64,000 bases of DNA, taken from positions 5,973-69,972 of the forward strand of contig JAGXRP010000033.1 of the NCBI GenBank assembly GCA_018335795.1. Direction: 5' to 3'. The stretch comes from Desulfobulbaceae bacterium. GTDB taxonomy: Bacteria > Bacteroidota > Ignavibacteria > Kapaibacteriales > UBA2268. Numbering within the stretch: position 1 is the stretch's first letter; each line of letters begins with the position of its first letter. The position numbers were made by a program, and so were the translations under genes. The notes under the pieces were generated by a model. It was not told the origin of the DNA, made no database searches, and saw only the letters and a list, made by a program, of their open reading frames with translations. Below, piece by piece: positions 1 to 10,005 of the stretch.

Positions 1-733
1 AGTATCTAAAGTTTTAGTAGCTTACGAATTAATTGATGAAGTGATTGACGAAGCCTTTAAAAATGATTTTAACTGTATCGTAACTTTTCACCCACTGATT
101 TACAAGCCTTTGCAAGCATTAATTGAAGATGAAAGGGTAGGTAAATTGGCATCAAGACTGATAAAGAATGACATTATGCACTTTGTGGTCCATACAAATT
201 TTGATTCACATAAAAACGGTACAAACACCTTGATAGCGGATAATCTAGGTTTAATAAACAGGAAATTCATCGTGCCTGACCCTGATTTTAATGATAAAGG
301 GATGGGTTTGGTAGGTTTATTGCCGAATCCTTTGAGCGTCGAAAAGTTTGTTGAAATGTGTAGTCAAGTGTTCAAATCACCATTGCGATATAATGTGGGT
401 AATGGTTCAGACATACAGAAGGTTGCGGTAATCGGCGGAAGTGGGACATCATTTTTGAATGATGCTGCTAATACTAAAGCTGATGTCATAATCACAAGTG
501 ACATCAGTTATCATACTTTTCATGCATTTGTTGGCAAAATGATGTTAATAGACCCCGGGCATTTCGAAACTGAACAATTTGTATCTGAAGCACTTTTTAA
601 CCAATTAAAAGTAGTCTTTAAAGATTATGATGTCGAATTTGAACTTTCAAAAACATACACAAATCCTGTGAAATATTATCCGAATACTTCACATTACATT
701 GAGAAACAGAGTAACAATTTAAAAAATATATAA
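1..733 (+). CDS. Nif3-like dinuclear metal centre protein (YqfO/YbgI family), 5' end truncated by the window edge
   Basis: The reading frame is open from base 2 with no stop before the predicted GTG at 41. The N-terminal sequence ...KVLVAYELIDEVIDEAFKNDFNCIVTFHPLIY... matches the conserved N-terminus of Nif3 proteins, and the length and tail fit the family. Confidence 0.75.
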   Translation, partial: VSKVLVAYELIDEVIDEAFKNDFNCIVTFHPLIYKPLQALIEDERVGKLASRLIKNDIMHFVVHTNFDSHKNGTNTLIADNLGLINRKFIVPDPDFNDKGMGLVGLLPNPLSVEKFVEMCSQVFKSPLRYNVGNGSDIQKVAVIGGSGTSFLNDAANTKADVIITSDISYHTFHAFVGKMMLIDPGHFETEQFVSEALFNQLKVVFKDYDVEFELSKTYTNPVKYYPNTSHYIEKQSNNLKNI

Positions 734-745
734 TGGTTAGGATTG

Positions 746-1477
746 ATGGAATCTCACATCTATAATATCGCTTTACTTGCCGCAATTGATGAACGGCTTG
801 ACGAATTAATTGAAGATTACGGTGATTTGCCCGAACAAATCAAGAAAAAAGAAGCCAAATTGAATGATAAGAAGCTTCTTTTAAACGAAACAGAGATGAT
901 TGTCGAGGAAATTCGTGATTTTATCAAAAAGGCTAAAAGAACCTTGGTTGAACTAAAAGACAAAGAGGATAAGCTCACTCAACAACAATTCAAAGTCCGG
1001 AACAACAAGGAATTTGATGCAATAACTAACGAAATCAATCATCTTAAAACTGAGCATGAAAAGTTAGCTGATAGGATGCGTACAGAAGGTATCAAAGAAG
1101 AAAATTTGCTGAATATTCTGAACCAACAAACAGCAGAACTTGATGAAGCACAAAAAGAACTTGACGACAAATTTGAGGAAGTTCAACGTTTAGCAGGAGA
1201 CCAAGACAGAGAACTCAGCTCGCTGAGAGAAAAAAGAAGTACAGTTTTGAACACAATACCCAAGAAATTCATCGCAGATTATGAAAGAGTAAGGATAATG
1301 CATCGTGATGCAGCAGTTCTTATCAGAAAAAATAGCTGTTCGGGATGCTTCAATGCAATTCCCGCACAAATAATTGTCGAAGTAAGAAATAATCTGAATA
1401 CTTTGTATTTTTGTGAAAGTTGCGGAAGATTGTTAGTTCCGGAAGATTGTGTTATTGAATTTGAAGAAATTGCTTAA
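746..1477 (+). CDS. Coiled-coil protein with C-terminal C4 zinc ribbon (COG1579-like), typical neighbour of Nif3
   Basis: Long charged coiled-coil region, then CSGCFNAIP...FCESCGRL (two CxxC pairs). ATG at 746 follows AGGA; the in-frame TTG at 743 is less likely. Conserved Nif3 synteny. Confidence 0.7.
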   Translation: MESHIYNIALLAAIDERLDELIEDYGDLPEQIKKKEAKLNDKKLLLNETEMIVEEIRDFIKKAKRTLVELKDKEDKLTQQQFKVRNNKEFDAITNEINHLKTEHEKLADRMRTEGIKEENLLNILNQQTAELDEAQKELDDKFEEVQRLAGDQDRELSSLREKRSTVLNTIPKKFIADYERVRIMHRDAAVLIRKNSCSGCFNAIPAQIIVEVRNNLNTLYFCESCGRLLVPEDCVIEFEEIA

Positions 1478-1488
1478 TGAGTTTGATG

Positions 1489-1895
1489 GGGAAAGCGGGC
1501 AGTCGCGTTGTGTATAATGTACGATGAGGAAAGTCCGAACTCCTGGGAACAGGGCGCTTCGTAACACGAAGGCAGCGATTTTTGATTTATCAGAGAAAGT
1601 TGACGGAAAGTGCCACAGAAAATAACCGCCAATCCGCTCTCGAAAGAGGGGTCATGGAGGTAAGGGTGAAAAGATAGAATTAAGACACTATCGGCATAGC
1701 AGGTGACTGCAATGCCGGGTAAACCCCGCTCGGAGCAAGGTCAAATAGGGGTATCGGGCGAGAGCCGTCGAAGTTCCCTCGGCAGTAAAAACGATATTCG
1801 GGTAGACCGCTTGAAACTAACGGTGACGTTAGTTCCAGATAAATGATTGCCTCCGGTTTTAGAACCGAAGACAGAATTCGGCTTACAGCTTTCTT
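1489..1895 (+). ncRNA. rnpB: RNase P RNA (bacterial type A)
   Basis: Conserved blocks read directly: GAGGAAAGTCCGAACTCC (P4 5' strand), GGTAAGGGTGAAA, AGCAAGGTCAAATAGGGG, ACAGAATTCGGCTTAC (P4 3' strand). The P1 helix pairs GAAAGC at 1491 with GCTTTC at 1888. Confidence 0.85.
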
Positions 1896-1977
1896 CATCA
1901 ATATTATTTTTTTACGAAATAATTTGTTTGCTTGCAAAATTTGCAGTAAATTTACATTTATTGAATTGGAGGATAAT

Positions 1978-2292
1978 TTGAATATTCCTGAAGACCCTTT
2001 TGTTAGAGAATTGTTACCTGAATTTGTTGATACTTGGATTGACGATTTGAAGAGTCAATACATGAAATTGATAGATGAACGTAAATCCGAAGAGTTGTAC
2101 AGAATGGCACATACTCTGAAGGGTTCTTGCTATCAATTCGGTATGAACGAAGCAGGTGACTTGGGTATTCAGATTATGGGCTACGCCAAAGAGAAGAATT
2201 GGGAAAAAGCCGCTGAAATGGAACAAGTTCTTATTTCACATTTCGAGAAACTTAGAGAGTATTTAATCGTCAATAATTTATACGTACAATAA
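1978..2292 (+). CDS. Stand-alone histidine phosphotransfer (HPt) domain protein
   Basis: HPt signature AHTLKGS (HxxKG) in a roughly 105-aa helical protein. The listed ORF starts at 1843 inside rnpB. I place the start at TTG 1978, preceded by GGAGG at 1968-1972; ATG at 2062 is an alternative. Confidence 0.55.
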   Translation: MNIPEDPFVRELLPEFVDTWIDDLKSQYMKLIDERKSEELYRMAHTLKGSCYQFGMNEAGDLGIQIMGYAKEKNWEKAAEMEQVLISHFEKLREYLIVNNLYVQ

Positions 2293-2304
2293 TAGGTGAA
2301 AACT

Positions 2305-2799
2305 ATGAAAAAGATATCCACCTTCCTGTTTTTTGCTACAATGTTGATTTTAAGTGTATCATCAACTTTAGCTCAAACTCGAATAGCTGTTCTGCCTTTC
2401 CAGAACAATGACGGTAAATATGAGTTTAATGTATGGTGTTATAGCCTACAGGACTCTTTGACTCAAGCACTCAAAAGTGCGGACCCTGATGAATTAATAT
2501 ACAGGGTAGTGCCAATTGATTCGCTTGAGATTGCACTCGCCGAATACAATTTAGACCCATCAAACCCACAGTACTTTACTGATATGTGGAAAGCAATTAC
2601 TAAACTTAATATCAAACAGGTGATTTCAGGTTCATTTGTTATTGAAGGTGGCAGTATTTTGATTAAGGCAGCATTATATGATGTCCGACTCAAATTGCCA
2701 CACCCGAAGTATCAAGCGCCAAATCTGTTCAAAAATATTGACGAAGCCTACGAGGCGATTGAAGAAATTGTTAGTATCGTCCGCCCGGGTATTATGTAG
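2305..2799 (+). CDS. Secreted hypothetical protein (signal peptide; RIAVLPFQN motif as in TolB-N/LpoB-like folds)
   Basis: N-terminal signal peptide MKKISTFLFFATMLILSVSSTLAQ. The ATG is 9 nt after the HPt stop, so likely co-transcribed. No recognisable catalytic motif. Confidence 0.5.
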   Translation: MKKISTFLFFATMLILSVSSTLAQTRIAVLPFQNNDGKYEFNVWCYSLQDSLTQALKSADPDELIYRVVPIDSLEIALAEYNLDPSNPQYFTDMWKAITKLNIKQVISGSFVIEGGSILIKAALYDVRLKLPHPKYQAPNLFKNIDEAYEAIEEIVSIVRPGIM

Positions 2800-2820
2800 C
2801 CAATATTTACTATTTTTTTG

Positions 2821-2866
2821 AAAGCGAAGATAAACTATTTGAAAAGATTATCTTCGCTTTTTTTAT
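2821..2866 (+). terminator. Rho-independent terminator for the HPt/secreted-protein operon; its 3' arm lies inside the last codons of convergent ruvB
   Basis: Perfect 13-bp stem AAAGCGAAGATAA / TTATCTTCGCTTT with a 14-nt loop, followed by TTTTTT on the + strand. The minus strand reads an A-run after the hairpin, so it is not a ruvB terminator. Confidence 0.6.
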
Positions 2867-3881
2867 TGATATCAAGGTGTTCGTAGGCTCTTTTGGTTGC
2901 AATTCTGCCTCTGGCAGTTCTTTGCAAAAATCCCTGCTGAATCAAAAACGGCTCGTACACTTCTTCGATAGCCCCGGCATCTTCGCCTACAGCAGCAGAA
3001 ATCGAATTTAAACCGACCGGTCCGCCATCAAATTTGTTGATGATAGTAATCAATATTCTTTTGTCCATATCATCAAGTCCAAAATCATCAACATCTAATC
3101 TTGTGAGAGAAGTTTGTGCAATATTTATATCAATAGTGCCATCTGATAAAATCTGTGCAAAGTCCCGAGTTCTTTTGAGCAATCTATTGGCGATTCTCGG
3201 AGTGCCGCGCGAACGTCGAGCCAATTCAAATGCAGCTTCTTCAGTGATGGGTACATCCAAAATCTGTGCACTTCTTAACACAACGACTGTCAATTCCTTC
3301 GGTTCGTAGTAATCCAATCTGTTAACAATGCCAAATCGTGACAATAAGGGTGAAGTTATCAAACCTGCACGGGTAGTCGCACCGATAAGTGTAAATGGAG
3401 GCACAGTTATTTGAATAGTACGCGCCGATGGTCCTGAATCTATCATAATATCAATCTTGTAATCTTCCATTGCCGAATATAAATATTCTTCCACAACATT
3501 ACTTAAGCGATGTATTTCGTCAATGAACAATACATCACCTTCACTAAGGTTTGTGAGCAAACCGGCTAAGTCACCGGCTTTTTCCAAAACCGGACCCGAA
3601 GTGATTTTGAGTTCAGCATTCATTTCTCGAGAAATAATATGACTCAATGTCGTCTTGCCCAATCCTGGAGGTCCAGTGAGCAAAACGTGGTCTAATGGCT
3701 CTGAACGTTTCAATGCTGCAGCAATGAAAACCTTAAGATTTTCGACAATTTTTTTTTGACCTGTAAAATCATCAAAAGAAATAGGTCTTAATTTATTATC
3801 TGAATCGTCATTATGTTTGATTGGGTTTGTGATTTCTGATTTTCTGGTTTCCATATTACCAAAGTGTTGAGAAAATTGCAC
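2835..3881 (-). CDS. ruvB: Holliday junction branch migration ATPase RuvB
   Basis: Walker [13 protein letters not shown], Walker [11 protein letters not shown], and the RuvB sensor and winged-helix C-terminus. 348 aa. Confidence 0.95.
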   Translation of the reverse strand: MQFSQHFGNMETRKSEITNPIKHNDDSDNKLRPISFDDFTGQKKIVENLKVFIAAALKRSEPLDHVLLTGPPGLGKTTLSHIISREMNAELKITSGPVLEKAGDLAGLLTNLSEGDVLFIDEIHRLSNVVEEYLYSAMEDYKIDIMIDSGPSARTIQITVPPFTLIGATTRAGLITSPLLSRFGIVNRLDYYEPKELTVVVLRSAQILDVPITEEAAFELARRSRGTPRIANRLLKRTRDFAQILSDGTIDINIAQTSLTRLDVDDFGLDDMDKRILITIINKFDGGPVGLNSISAAVGEDAGAIEEVYEPFLIQQGFLQRTARGRIATKRAYEHLDINKKSEDNLFK

Positions 3882-4222
3882 ATATGTTGATTATTTTTAA
3901 CATCTTGAACTTGTTTTTTTTGCTTTTTTAGAAAAAAAGTTATCGCTTTATAAATATTCCTTCTCATTCTAAAATAATGTTATTATATTAGATATAGAAA
4001 AAAATATTTGAAAATATACTTTTAAGTTAGTTTGTTTCTACTTTTTTATTAATTTTGTATGATAGAAAAAGTATAATTTGTAGAAGAAATTATTGAAAAG
4101 TGCTTTTTTGTGAGATGTGTTGATAATTCATTCCGAAGGAATGGATAGATTGGCATGTTTTTTTACTTGGATTATTAGATTGAATAGAATAATTTATTAT
4201 TAATTGTATTTGGAGGTTTGTA

Positions 4223-7200
4223 GTGAGAACAAACAATATACTCAAGAGTTTCTTACTGATAGGAATTTTTTGCTTATCGGTAGCATCAATGAGTGCACAG
4301 TTGATCCTTAATTCTACTATCCGTGAGGAAGCTGAAATCTGGACACCGCTTGTTGAACCTGTATTAATAGGTAATGGAGATTTTCCGTGGAGACAGATAC
4401 CCATGCCATTCACATTTCAATATGACGGTACAAATGTATCCAATTTATGGGTGTATGGTGACGGCTACCTAAGAATTAACGCCGCTCAGGCTACTTTGCC
4501 TAACTTTCCTCAAACAACAAATATTATATCATGGTATAAGAGAGATTTGTTTACGGAAGGTATGTTGTCTTATAAAGTTACAGGTGCTACCCCGTTCAGA
4601 GTTCTGACTATTGAACACCGAGGTTTCCGCATAGTGACAGACTTTTCGGGTGCCATCATGGATGCACAAATAAAATTTTACGAAACTACAAATGAAGTAA
4701 AAATCATTTATAATAGAGTTTCAGGTTTTGGCGGAACAGGTCAAGACGGGTTCTTATATTTTGAAGGCGCTGGTACAACCCGCTATATCAATATAAAACC
4801 CAATGCTCCCAATCTGCCTTCTACATTTTACTATGGTAACTCTAATCAAAATGTAAATGCGTGGTTGACTAAAGATGCTATTAAGTATTTCTATAGTGGT
4901 CGCTCATTTACTTTGACTTCTTTACCTCGAATTTCAGGTATTTATCCCGACCAAAATGCAGTTCTTGCAAATGGTAAAGTTTATTCTGGCGAACAACATC
5001 CATTTGTTCGCGTGAGCCGTTCAGCTGAACAAAAGGCAATCACTATCAGATATTCCATTACAGGTCCTTTGGGTACAGCTGAAGAAAAGGTTATTTATAC
5101 GGCTGTAAATGAAAATGATGCTTCAAGTAGCGAGAGCATTGTACCAAACCCTCAACCTGTTGGTACAGGCATCAGATACTTCATGCCTCATGCTAAAGGT
5201 ATCGCAGGAAGACTTTCTGATGGTGCATTAGATATGACGGCAATTAGCGAATTACCGAGTGGTGAATATAGAGTAACTGCGATTTTGGAATATCTTGACG
5301 GTACTCCTTACAATCATACAGTTTCTTCAGTATTTACAGTAGCTTTCCCGAGTGATTTAGCAATACTTGATGTTCTTGAACCAATTAATACACCCGGTTC
5401 CATTTACCAATTATTTGGTAGTGGTGTTCCGATTAGAATTAAAGTCAAGAATCAAGGTGCAGATAATATCAATAAATTTACTGCAATAGCTTATATTTAT
5501 GATGTAAACGGTAACTTAGTCGGACAACCAATAGTAAAACCATTCGAACTTGGAAATAATCCTATTAAATATCTTGAAGTACGTGAATTAGCAATGGATG
5601 CTTTTTTCCCGCAATCAGTTGGAAAATATTCTATCCGTGTACGTGTTAACTTTGATAATCTAGATTTAGACAAATTCATGTCTAACAATGTTTACCCGAG
5701 AGATGGCGACCCATCGAAACCTTTCGAAGTCGGTTATGCTATTGAGGCAGATGCTATGCAATTATTATCTCCATTTGGTCAAACTTATGTAATGAGACCT
5801 ATAAGATTATCTGCAAGATTGAAGAATAATGGTGTATCAGATGTTTCAGATACATGGGCTTCTATTATGATTAAAAACCCAAGCGGCGAAGTAGTTTTCA
5901 TAGATACAGTGCCTGTAGGTAATATACCAAGCGGTTTTGTAAATACGCTTGATATATTTTGGCCAACTTCATTTATTCCTCAAGTAATTGGTACTTATAC
6001 CGGAGAATTTTATATTCATGCCCCAGGAGACGAGGTACCCAGTAATAACTTAAGACAAATATCTTTCAATGTTACAGCAGGTTTAAGAGGAACATACACA
6101 ATTTCTCAAGCCGCAGGGAGTAATTTCAAAACTATTTCAGATGCGGTAAATGCAATGTACCAGCAAGGTGTAAGCGGACCTGTGACATTCTGGTTGAACG
6201 ATGAAAATTATTATGAAGGTAATCTGCTAATGGATGATCCGGCATTGGATTTATCATCTACAATCATAGGATTGAGTGCCGAAAATCCTGTTACTTTCAC
6301 AGTCAATCCTCTAGAATCTTCAAGAGGTGCTGTAACAATAAACTTGTCTTCAGCAAGCGGTATTGGTGTTTTCATAGCACAAAATATTATTCCGTCTAAT
6401 GTAAATGCACCGATTGTTGGTGTAACACAATCATTGGTAAATAAATATGCAAACCCATCCGGTTACATCACTTTTGACGGTGGTGTGAAGAAATCACTCA
6501 GATTTACTTTAAATACACCAAGCCAATTTAGAGCGGTGTTTTATCTTGGGCAAGGAGCACACAATATTACAATCAAGAACTGCTTGATTGAAGACGGTAT
6601 TAATCAAACACCATCTTATTTGTGCCGCATTCCTCTCACAACATATAATTCATTCTTATCAAAATTCACCTACGAAGCTGACAGAAGCACCTTAGGTACT
6701 TATTCTGCCGGTATTGTTGTACGTAATGTGCCACCAATGGATAAAAACCTAGGAACCAATCCATTTAATTTGGATACAGTTTCAATCAAAAATATTAAGA
6801 TACATAATAACGAAATAACTCGTTTCGGGTATGGTATTGTTTCTCTTGGTATCGGTCCATTACAAATAGCAGGCAGATTCATTTATAGTCCATATTACAA
6901 CCTGAATAACTCTTATACTAACAACACAATTTCAAGTGTTTCGAGAGCAGGTATATTCCTTGGATTTGAAAAGAATACTGAAATATTTGGCAATAGAATC
7001 TATAACATTAATGGTGCTTGTGCCGTAAATGCTGCAGGTATCATTGCCGGTGGTGATGGAACACCTACTTTGTTCCCATACCATAATATTGGATTAGAAA
7101 TTTCCGGAAACGAAATTTCCAATATTAAAGCTACGGGTACTGCATATGGAATCAAAGTTGAACAATCAAGATTAGACTTCTTTGACTTAGATGATGATTT

Positions 7201-9826
7201 TTCATTCCCTAATGAAGATGAAAATATATTGATTGTCAATAACATGGTTTGGGGATTTGAACCAATAAGTCCGGCTACTAATGTTATTGGATTAGGTTTG
7301 TTTACTCAACGTACTACAAATGTAGTTGATTGGACAGGTTTAAATCTAACACCAAAATTCGCGAATTATTATTCACGTAATGACTTGATTACCAACAATA
7401 CTATCTTCATGAATGATGACGGATTTACAAATACAGGTGCTTTAGCGGCAATTGCTGTTATGAATACCAAAGGTATGGTTTTGATGAATAACGCAATTGG
7501 TATTGACGACAGTCAGGTATCTTCTGAAAGTCCATTTACTACAGCTTTATTCTATTATGGTCTACATCCTAAGAAAGGTGGCATGACTTCGGATAGAAAT
7601 GCATATTGGATTGATTCTCCAAAAGGTTCAATTATCAGATTTATCGAAACAGACGAAACCAATAGAATACTCGAATTCGGTCACAAAACTGAGTTTACGT
7701 CCCTCTCGCAATGGCAACAATGGACAGGCGAAGATTTCTATTCGGTTGTTGGCAACTTTACTTTAGATTATAAACGTTTTGGATTGGCTCCTTATATGAT
7801 GCGAATCCAAGACAATCCTATTCCCAGAGGGTCAATTTTAAATAATCGCGGTACAAACCTCGAAGTTAATGCCAGAGATATTGACGGTAAATTCCGTGGC
7901 ATGGCAGGCGAAAGATATGACATTGGTGCTGTTGAATTTGATGGTAGAATATTTGGTAAAGATTTGGAAGTAACATCAATAGTTGCTCCCGGTAGATATA
8001 AAGCTACACCACCATTGCCTTTCAGTGAGTCAGAATATATTATGACAACATCTCCTGTTGGTGTGCAAGCTATTGTAAGAAGTAATGGTTTGTTACCGGT
8101 TGGTGCCTCAAGTGTTGTTTTGAAAATCTTTAGAGAATCTCCTTCAGGTTCTTATATTCAAGAAGGTGCCGATATTGTCGCGCCAATCGATAAATTATTA
8201 TTTTCTGAGGACTTATTGATAGATTTCAGAACTAATGATGGTATTAATACAGCAGATAATCCGGAATTTTTCCCATCTACTTATGGTCAATTGAGAGGCT
8301 CGGGCTATGTAATCCCTGACCAATTCAAAGCTATGGAAGCAAATGTTACTCCTTTATATAAAATTATGGTAACATTCCCATCAGATGAATTTAATGCTAA
8401 TAACGGTATTGAGAAATTAGTTAGATTCTATATCAAAAAATCACCAATAGAATTGATGGTATCTGCAGAAAATATTCAAAATATTGATTCGGAATCTCCA
8501 ATTGACAGAATTGCCGGGAACCTCAATCTTGACAGTATAATGACTGCATTCTTCAGACTTGGCTGGTATATCAATCTTGAACTGGAAGACCCAAGAATTG
8601 ATGTTGACGTTTTCGATCGTCGTGCTTGGGAACCACGCTCAATTGATTATACAATCTATCGTACATTAGTATGGGTAGATGCACATGACCAAATTGATGG
8701 TGCAACTTACAGATTAACTCGTTATGACAGAGACAATATCGAAAATTACCTCAATTCAGGTACATTCAACAGTAAGAAAAATCTTCTTATCGGCAGCCAA
8801 GAATTAGTCAGAAATGAAAGTATTGATATGGCTACTTGGGTTAGAACTAATTTTAATGCGAAAGTCGGAGTTCCGAATAATCCATTAGGAAGTGGTGCAA
8901 GTTATGATGGCAAATTTGTTAACGGGGTTATTTTAGGCAGAGACCTTAAATTTAAAGTTATTTCAACTCAATTTTTTGGTGATGATGCCCCTCGTGCAGG
9001 TTTGTTTACGATAGACAATGCAGGTGTTGGTATTTCAAGAATAGGGATGAAGTATGCTTCTCATATAAATGATGTTCCAGCTAATAACTTCTATGTTGCT
9101 GATGGTCAAAGAGTAGCTGTTATTGCCACTACAGCTGTTAAGTATAATACTATTTTGGCAGGCTTGGATTGGCGTCATTGGGCAGATTTATCAAGCGTAT
9201 TGCGCGGTATGTTTGATTTCATTGAAATGCAAGGCGGTAACATCATACCTGTTGAACTTTACGATTTCGTTGCTGTTCCATCAGGCAAGAGAGTTGATAT
9301 TTCTTGGAAAACTGCAAGTGAAATTGAATCAGATAAATTTGAAATTGAAAAATCAGAATTCTCTGAAGCAGGTCGTTCATTCAACATAATTGAATCTGTT
9401 AAAGCTATTGGTCAATCATCAGTTTCATCACAATATGGACCCTTCATTGACAATAATGTACAATATGGTAAAACATATGTTTACAGATTGAAAATGATTG
9501 ACAGAGATGGTAAATTCACTTATAGTGATGAAAAATTCGTTGAAATTCAAGGGACTTATGGCGCAGTTGAATTGAATTCGATTCAACCAAATCCTGTCTC
9601 TACAAGTGCTGACGTTTCTTATAATGTCTCTGAAAGCATGAACATCAGTCTTGTTGTTTACGATGCACTTGGAAACGAAGTTCAAACATTATTTAACGGA
9701 TTTCAAAATGCCGGTGAACACAAAGTAAACGTAAACGTCGCCAATATGGCTAATGGCTCTTACAATATTGTATTGAAAGGCGGAAACGATATTTACTTAA
9801 CAACAAAACTTACTGTAGTTAAATAA
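4223..9826 (+). CDS. Very large (1867 aa) secreted cell-surface protein with parallel beta-helix and Ig/FN3-like regions and a T9SS C-terminal sorting domain
   Basis: GTG start preceded by GGAGG. Signal peptide present. Repeated N-N-x-I/T beta-helix-like motifs. The C-terminal roughly 80 aa (...SIQPNPVSTSADVSYNVSESMNISLVVYDALGNEVQTLF...YNIVLKGGNDIYLTTKLTVVK) has the T9SS type A C-terminal domain pattern. Confidence 0.8.
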   Translation: MRTNNILKSFLLIGIFCLSVASMSAQLILNSTIREEAEIWTPLVEPVLIGNGDFPWRQIPMPFTFQYDGTNVSNLWVYGDGYLRINAAQATLPNFPQTTNIISWYKRDLFTEGMLSYKVTGATPFRVLTIEHRGFRIVTDFSGAIMDAQIKFYETTNEVKIIYNRVSGFGGTGQDGFLYFEGAGTTRYINIKPNAPNLPSTFYYGNSNQNVNAWLTKDAIKYFYSGRSFTLTSLPRISGIYPDQNAVLANGKVYSGEQHPFVRVSRSAEQKAITIRYSITGPLGTAEEKVIYTAVNENDASSSESIVPNPQPVGTGIRYFMPHAKGIAGRLSDGALDMTAISELPSGEYRVTAILEYLDGTPYNHTVSSVFTVAFPSDLAILDVLEPINTPGSIYQLFGSGVPIRIKVKNQGADNINKFTAIAYIYDVNGNLVGQPIVKPFELGNNPIKYLEVRELAMDAFFPQSVGKYSIRVRVNFDNLDLDKFMSNNVYPRDGDPSKPFEVGYAIEADAMQLLSPFGQTYVMRPIRLSARLKNNGVSDVSDTWASIMIKNPSGEVVFIDTVPVGNIPSGFVNTLDIFWPTSFIPQVIGTYTGEFYIHAPGDEVPSNNLRQISFNVTAGLRGTYTISQAAGSNFKTISDAVNAMYQQGVSGPVTFWLNDENYYEGNLLMDDPALDLSSTIIGLSAENPVTFTVNPLESSRGAVTINLSSASGIGVFIAQNIIPSNVNAPIVGVTQSLVNKYANPSGYITFDGGVKKSLRFTLNTPSQFRAVFYLGQGAHNITIKNCLIEDGINQTPSYLCRIPLTTYNSFLSKFTYEADRSTLGTYSAGIVVRNVPPMDKNLGTNPFNLDTVSIKNIKIHNNEITRFGYGIVSLGIGPLQIAGRFIYSPYYNLNNSYTNNTISSVSRAGIFLGFEKNTEIFGNRIYNINGACAVNAAGIIAGGDGTPTLFPYHNIGLEISGNEISNIKATGTAYGIKVEQSRLDFFDLDDDFSFPNEDENILIVNNMVWGFEPISPATNVIGLGLFTQRTTNVVDWTGLNLTPKFANYYSRNDLITNNTIFMNDDGFTNTGALAAIAVMNTKGMVLMNNAIGIDDSQVSSESPFTTALFYYGLHPKKGGMTSDRNAYWIDSPKGSIIRFIETDETNRILEFGHKTEFTSLSQWQQWTGEDFYSVVGNFTLDYKRFGLAPYMMRIQDNPIPRGSILNNRGTNLEVNARDIDGKFRGMAGERYDIGAVEFDGRIFGKDLEVTSIVAPGRYKATPPLPFSESEYIMTTSPVGVQAIVRSNGLLPVGASSVVLKIFRESPSGSYIQEGADIVAPIDKLLFSEDLLIDFRTNDGINTADNPEFFPSTYGQLRGSGYVIPDQFKAMEANVTPLYKIMVTFPSDEFNANNGIEKLVRFYIKKSPIELMVSAENIQNIDSESPIDRIAGNLNLDSIMTAFFRLGWYINLELEDPRIDVDVFDRRAWEPRSIDYTIYRTLVWVDAHDQIDGATYRLTRYDRDNIENYLNSGTFNSKKNLLIGSQELVRNESIDMATWVRTNFNAKVGVPNNPLGSGASYDGKFVNGVILGRDLKFKVISTQFFGDDAPRAGLFTIDNAGVGISRIGMKYASHINDVPANNFYVADGQRVAVIATTAVKYNTILAGLDWRHWADLSSVLRGMFDFIEMQGGNIIPVELYDFVAVPSGKRVDISWKTASEIESDKFEIEKSEFSEAGRSFNIIESVKAIGQSSVSSQYGPFIDNNVQYGKTYVYRLKMIDRDGKFTYSDEKFVEIQGTYGAVELNSIQPNPVSTSADVSYNVSESMNISLVVYDALGNEVQTLFNGFQNAGEHKVNVNVANMANGSYNIVLKGGNDIYLTTKLTVVK

Positions 9827-9850
9827 ACACAGTCTCTAAGTATTAATTTT

Positions 9851-9882
9851 AAGAGGATTGCAGTGCAATCCTCTTTTTTTTG
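9851..9882 (+). terminator. Rho-independent terminator of the giant gene
   Basis: Stem AAGAGGATTGCA / TGCAATCCTCTT followed by a T8 run, 25 nt after the stop codon. Confidence 0.65.
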
Positions 9883-9943
9883 TTTATAATGACTTAAGGA
9901 GATTTGAAATTGTAACAAATATGGGGAATAAATTTAATCGAGC

Positions 9944-9985
9944 GAATAAAAAAAAGCCAACTAAACGTTGGTTTACTCGGCTTTT
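9944..9985 (-). terminator. Rho-independent terminator downstream of der (minus strand)
   Basis: Hairpin AAAAGCC...GGCTTTT flanked by A-run and T-run. On the minus strand the stem is followed by TTTTTTTT. It lies 20 nt after the der stop. Confidence 0.5.
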
Positions 9986-10005
9986 GAAAAAAGATTGGTT
10001 AAATA

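Noticed and set aside
1680-1937. 85-aa minus-strand ORF, and the first 135 nt of the listed 1843..2292 plus-strand ORF
   Set aside because: Both lie inside or overlap the RNase P RNA gene, whose conserved helices are readable. The HPt gene start was moved to 1978.
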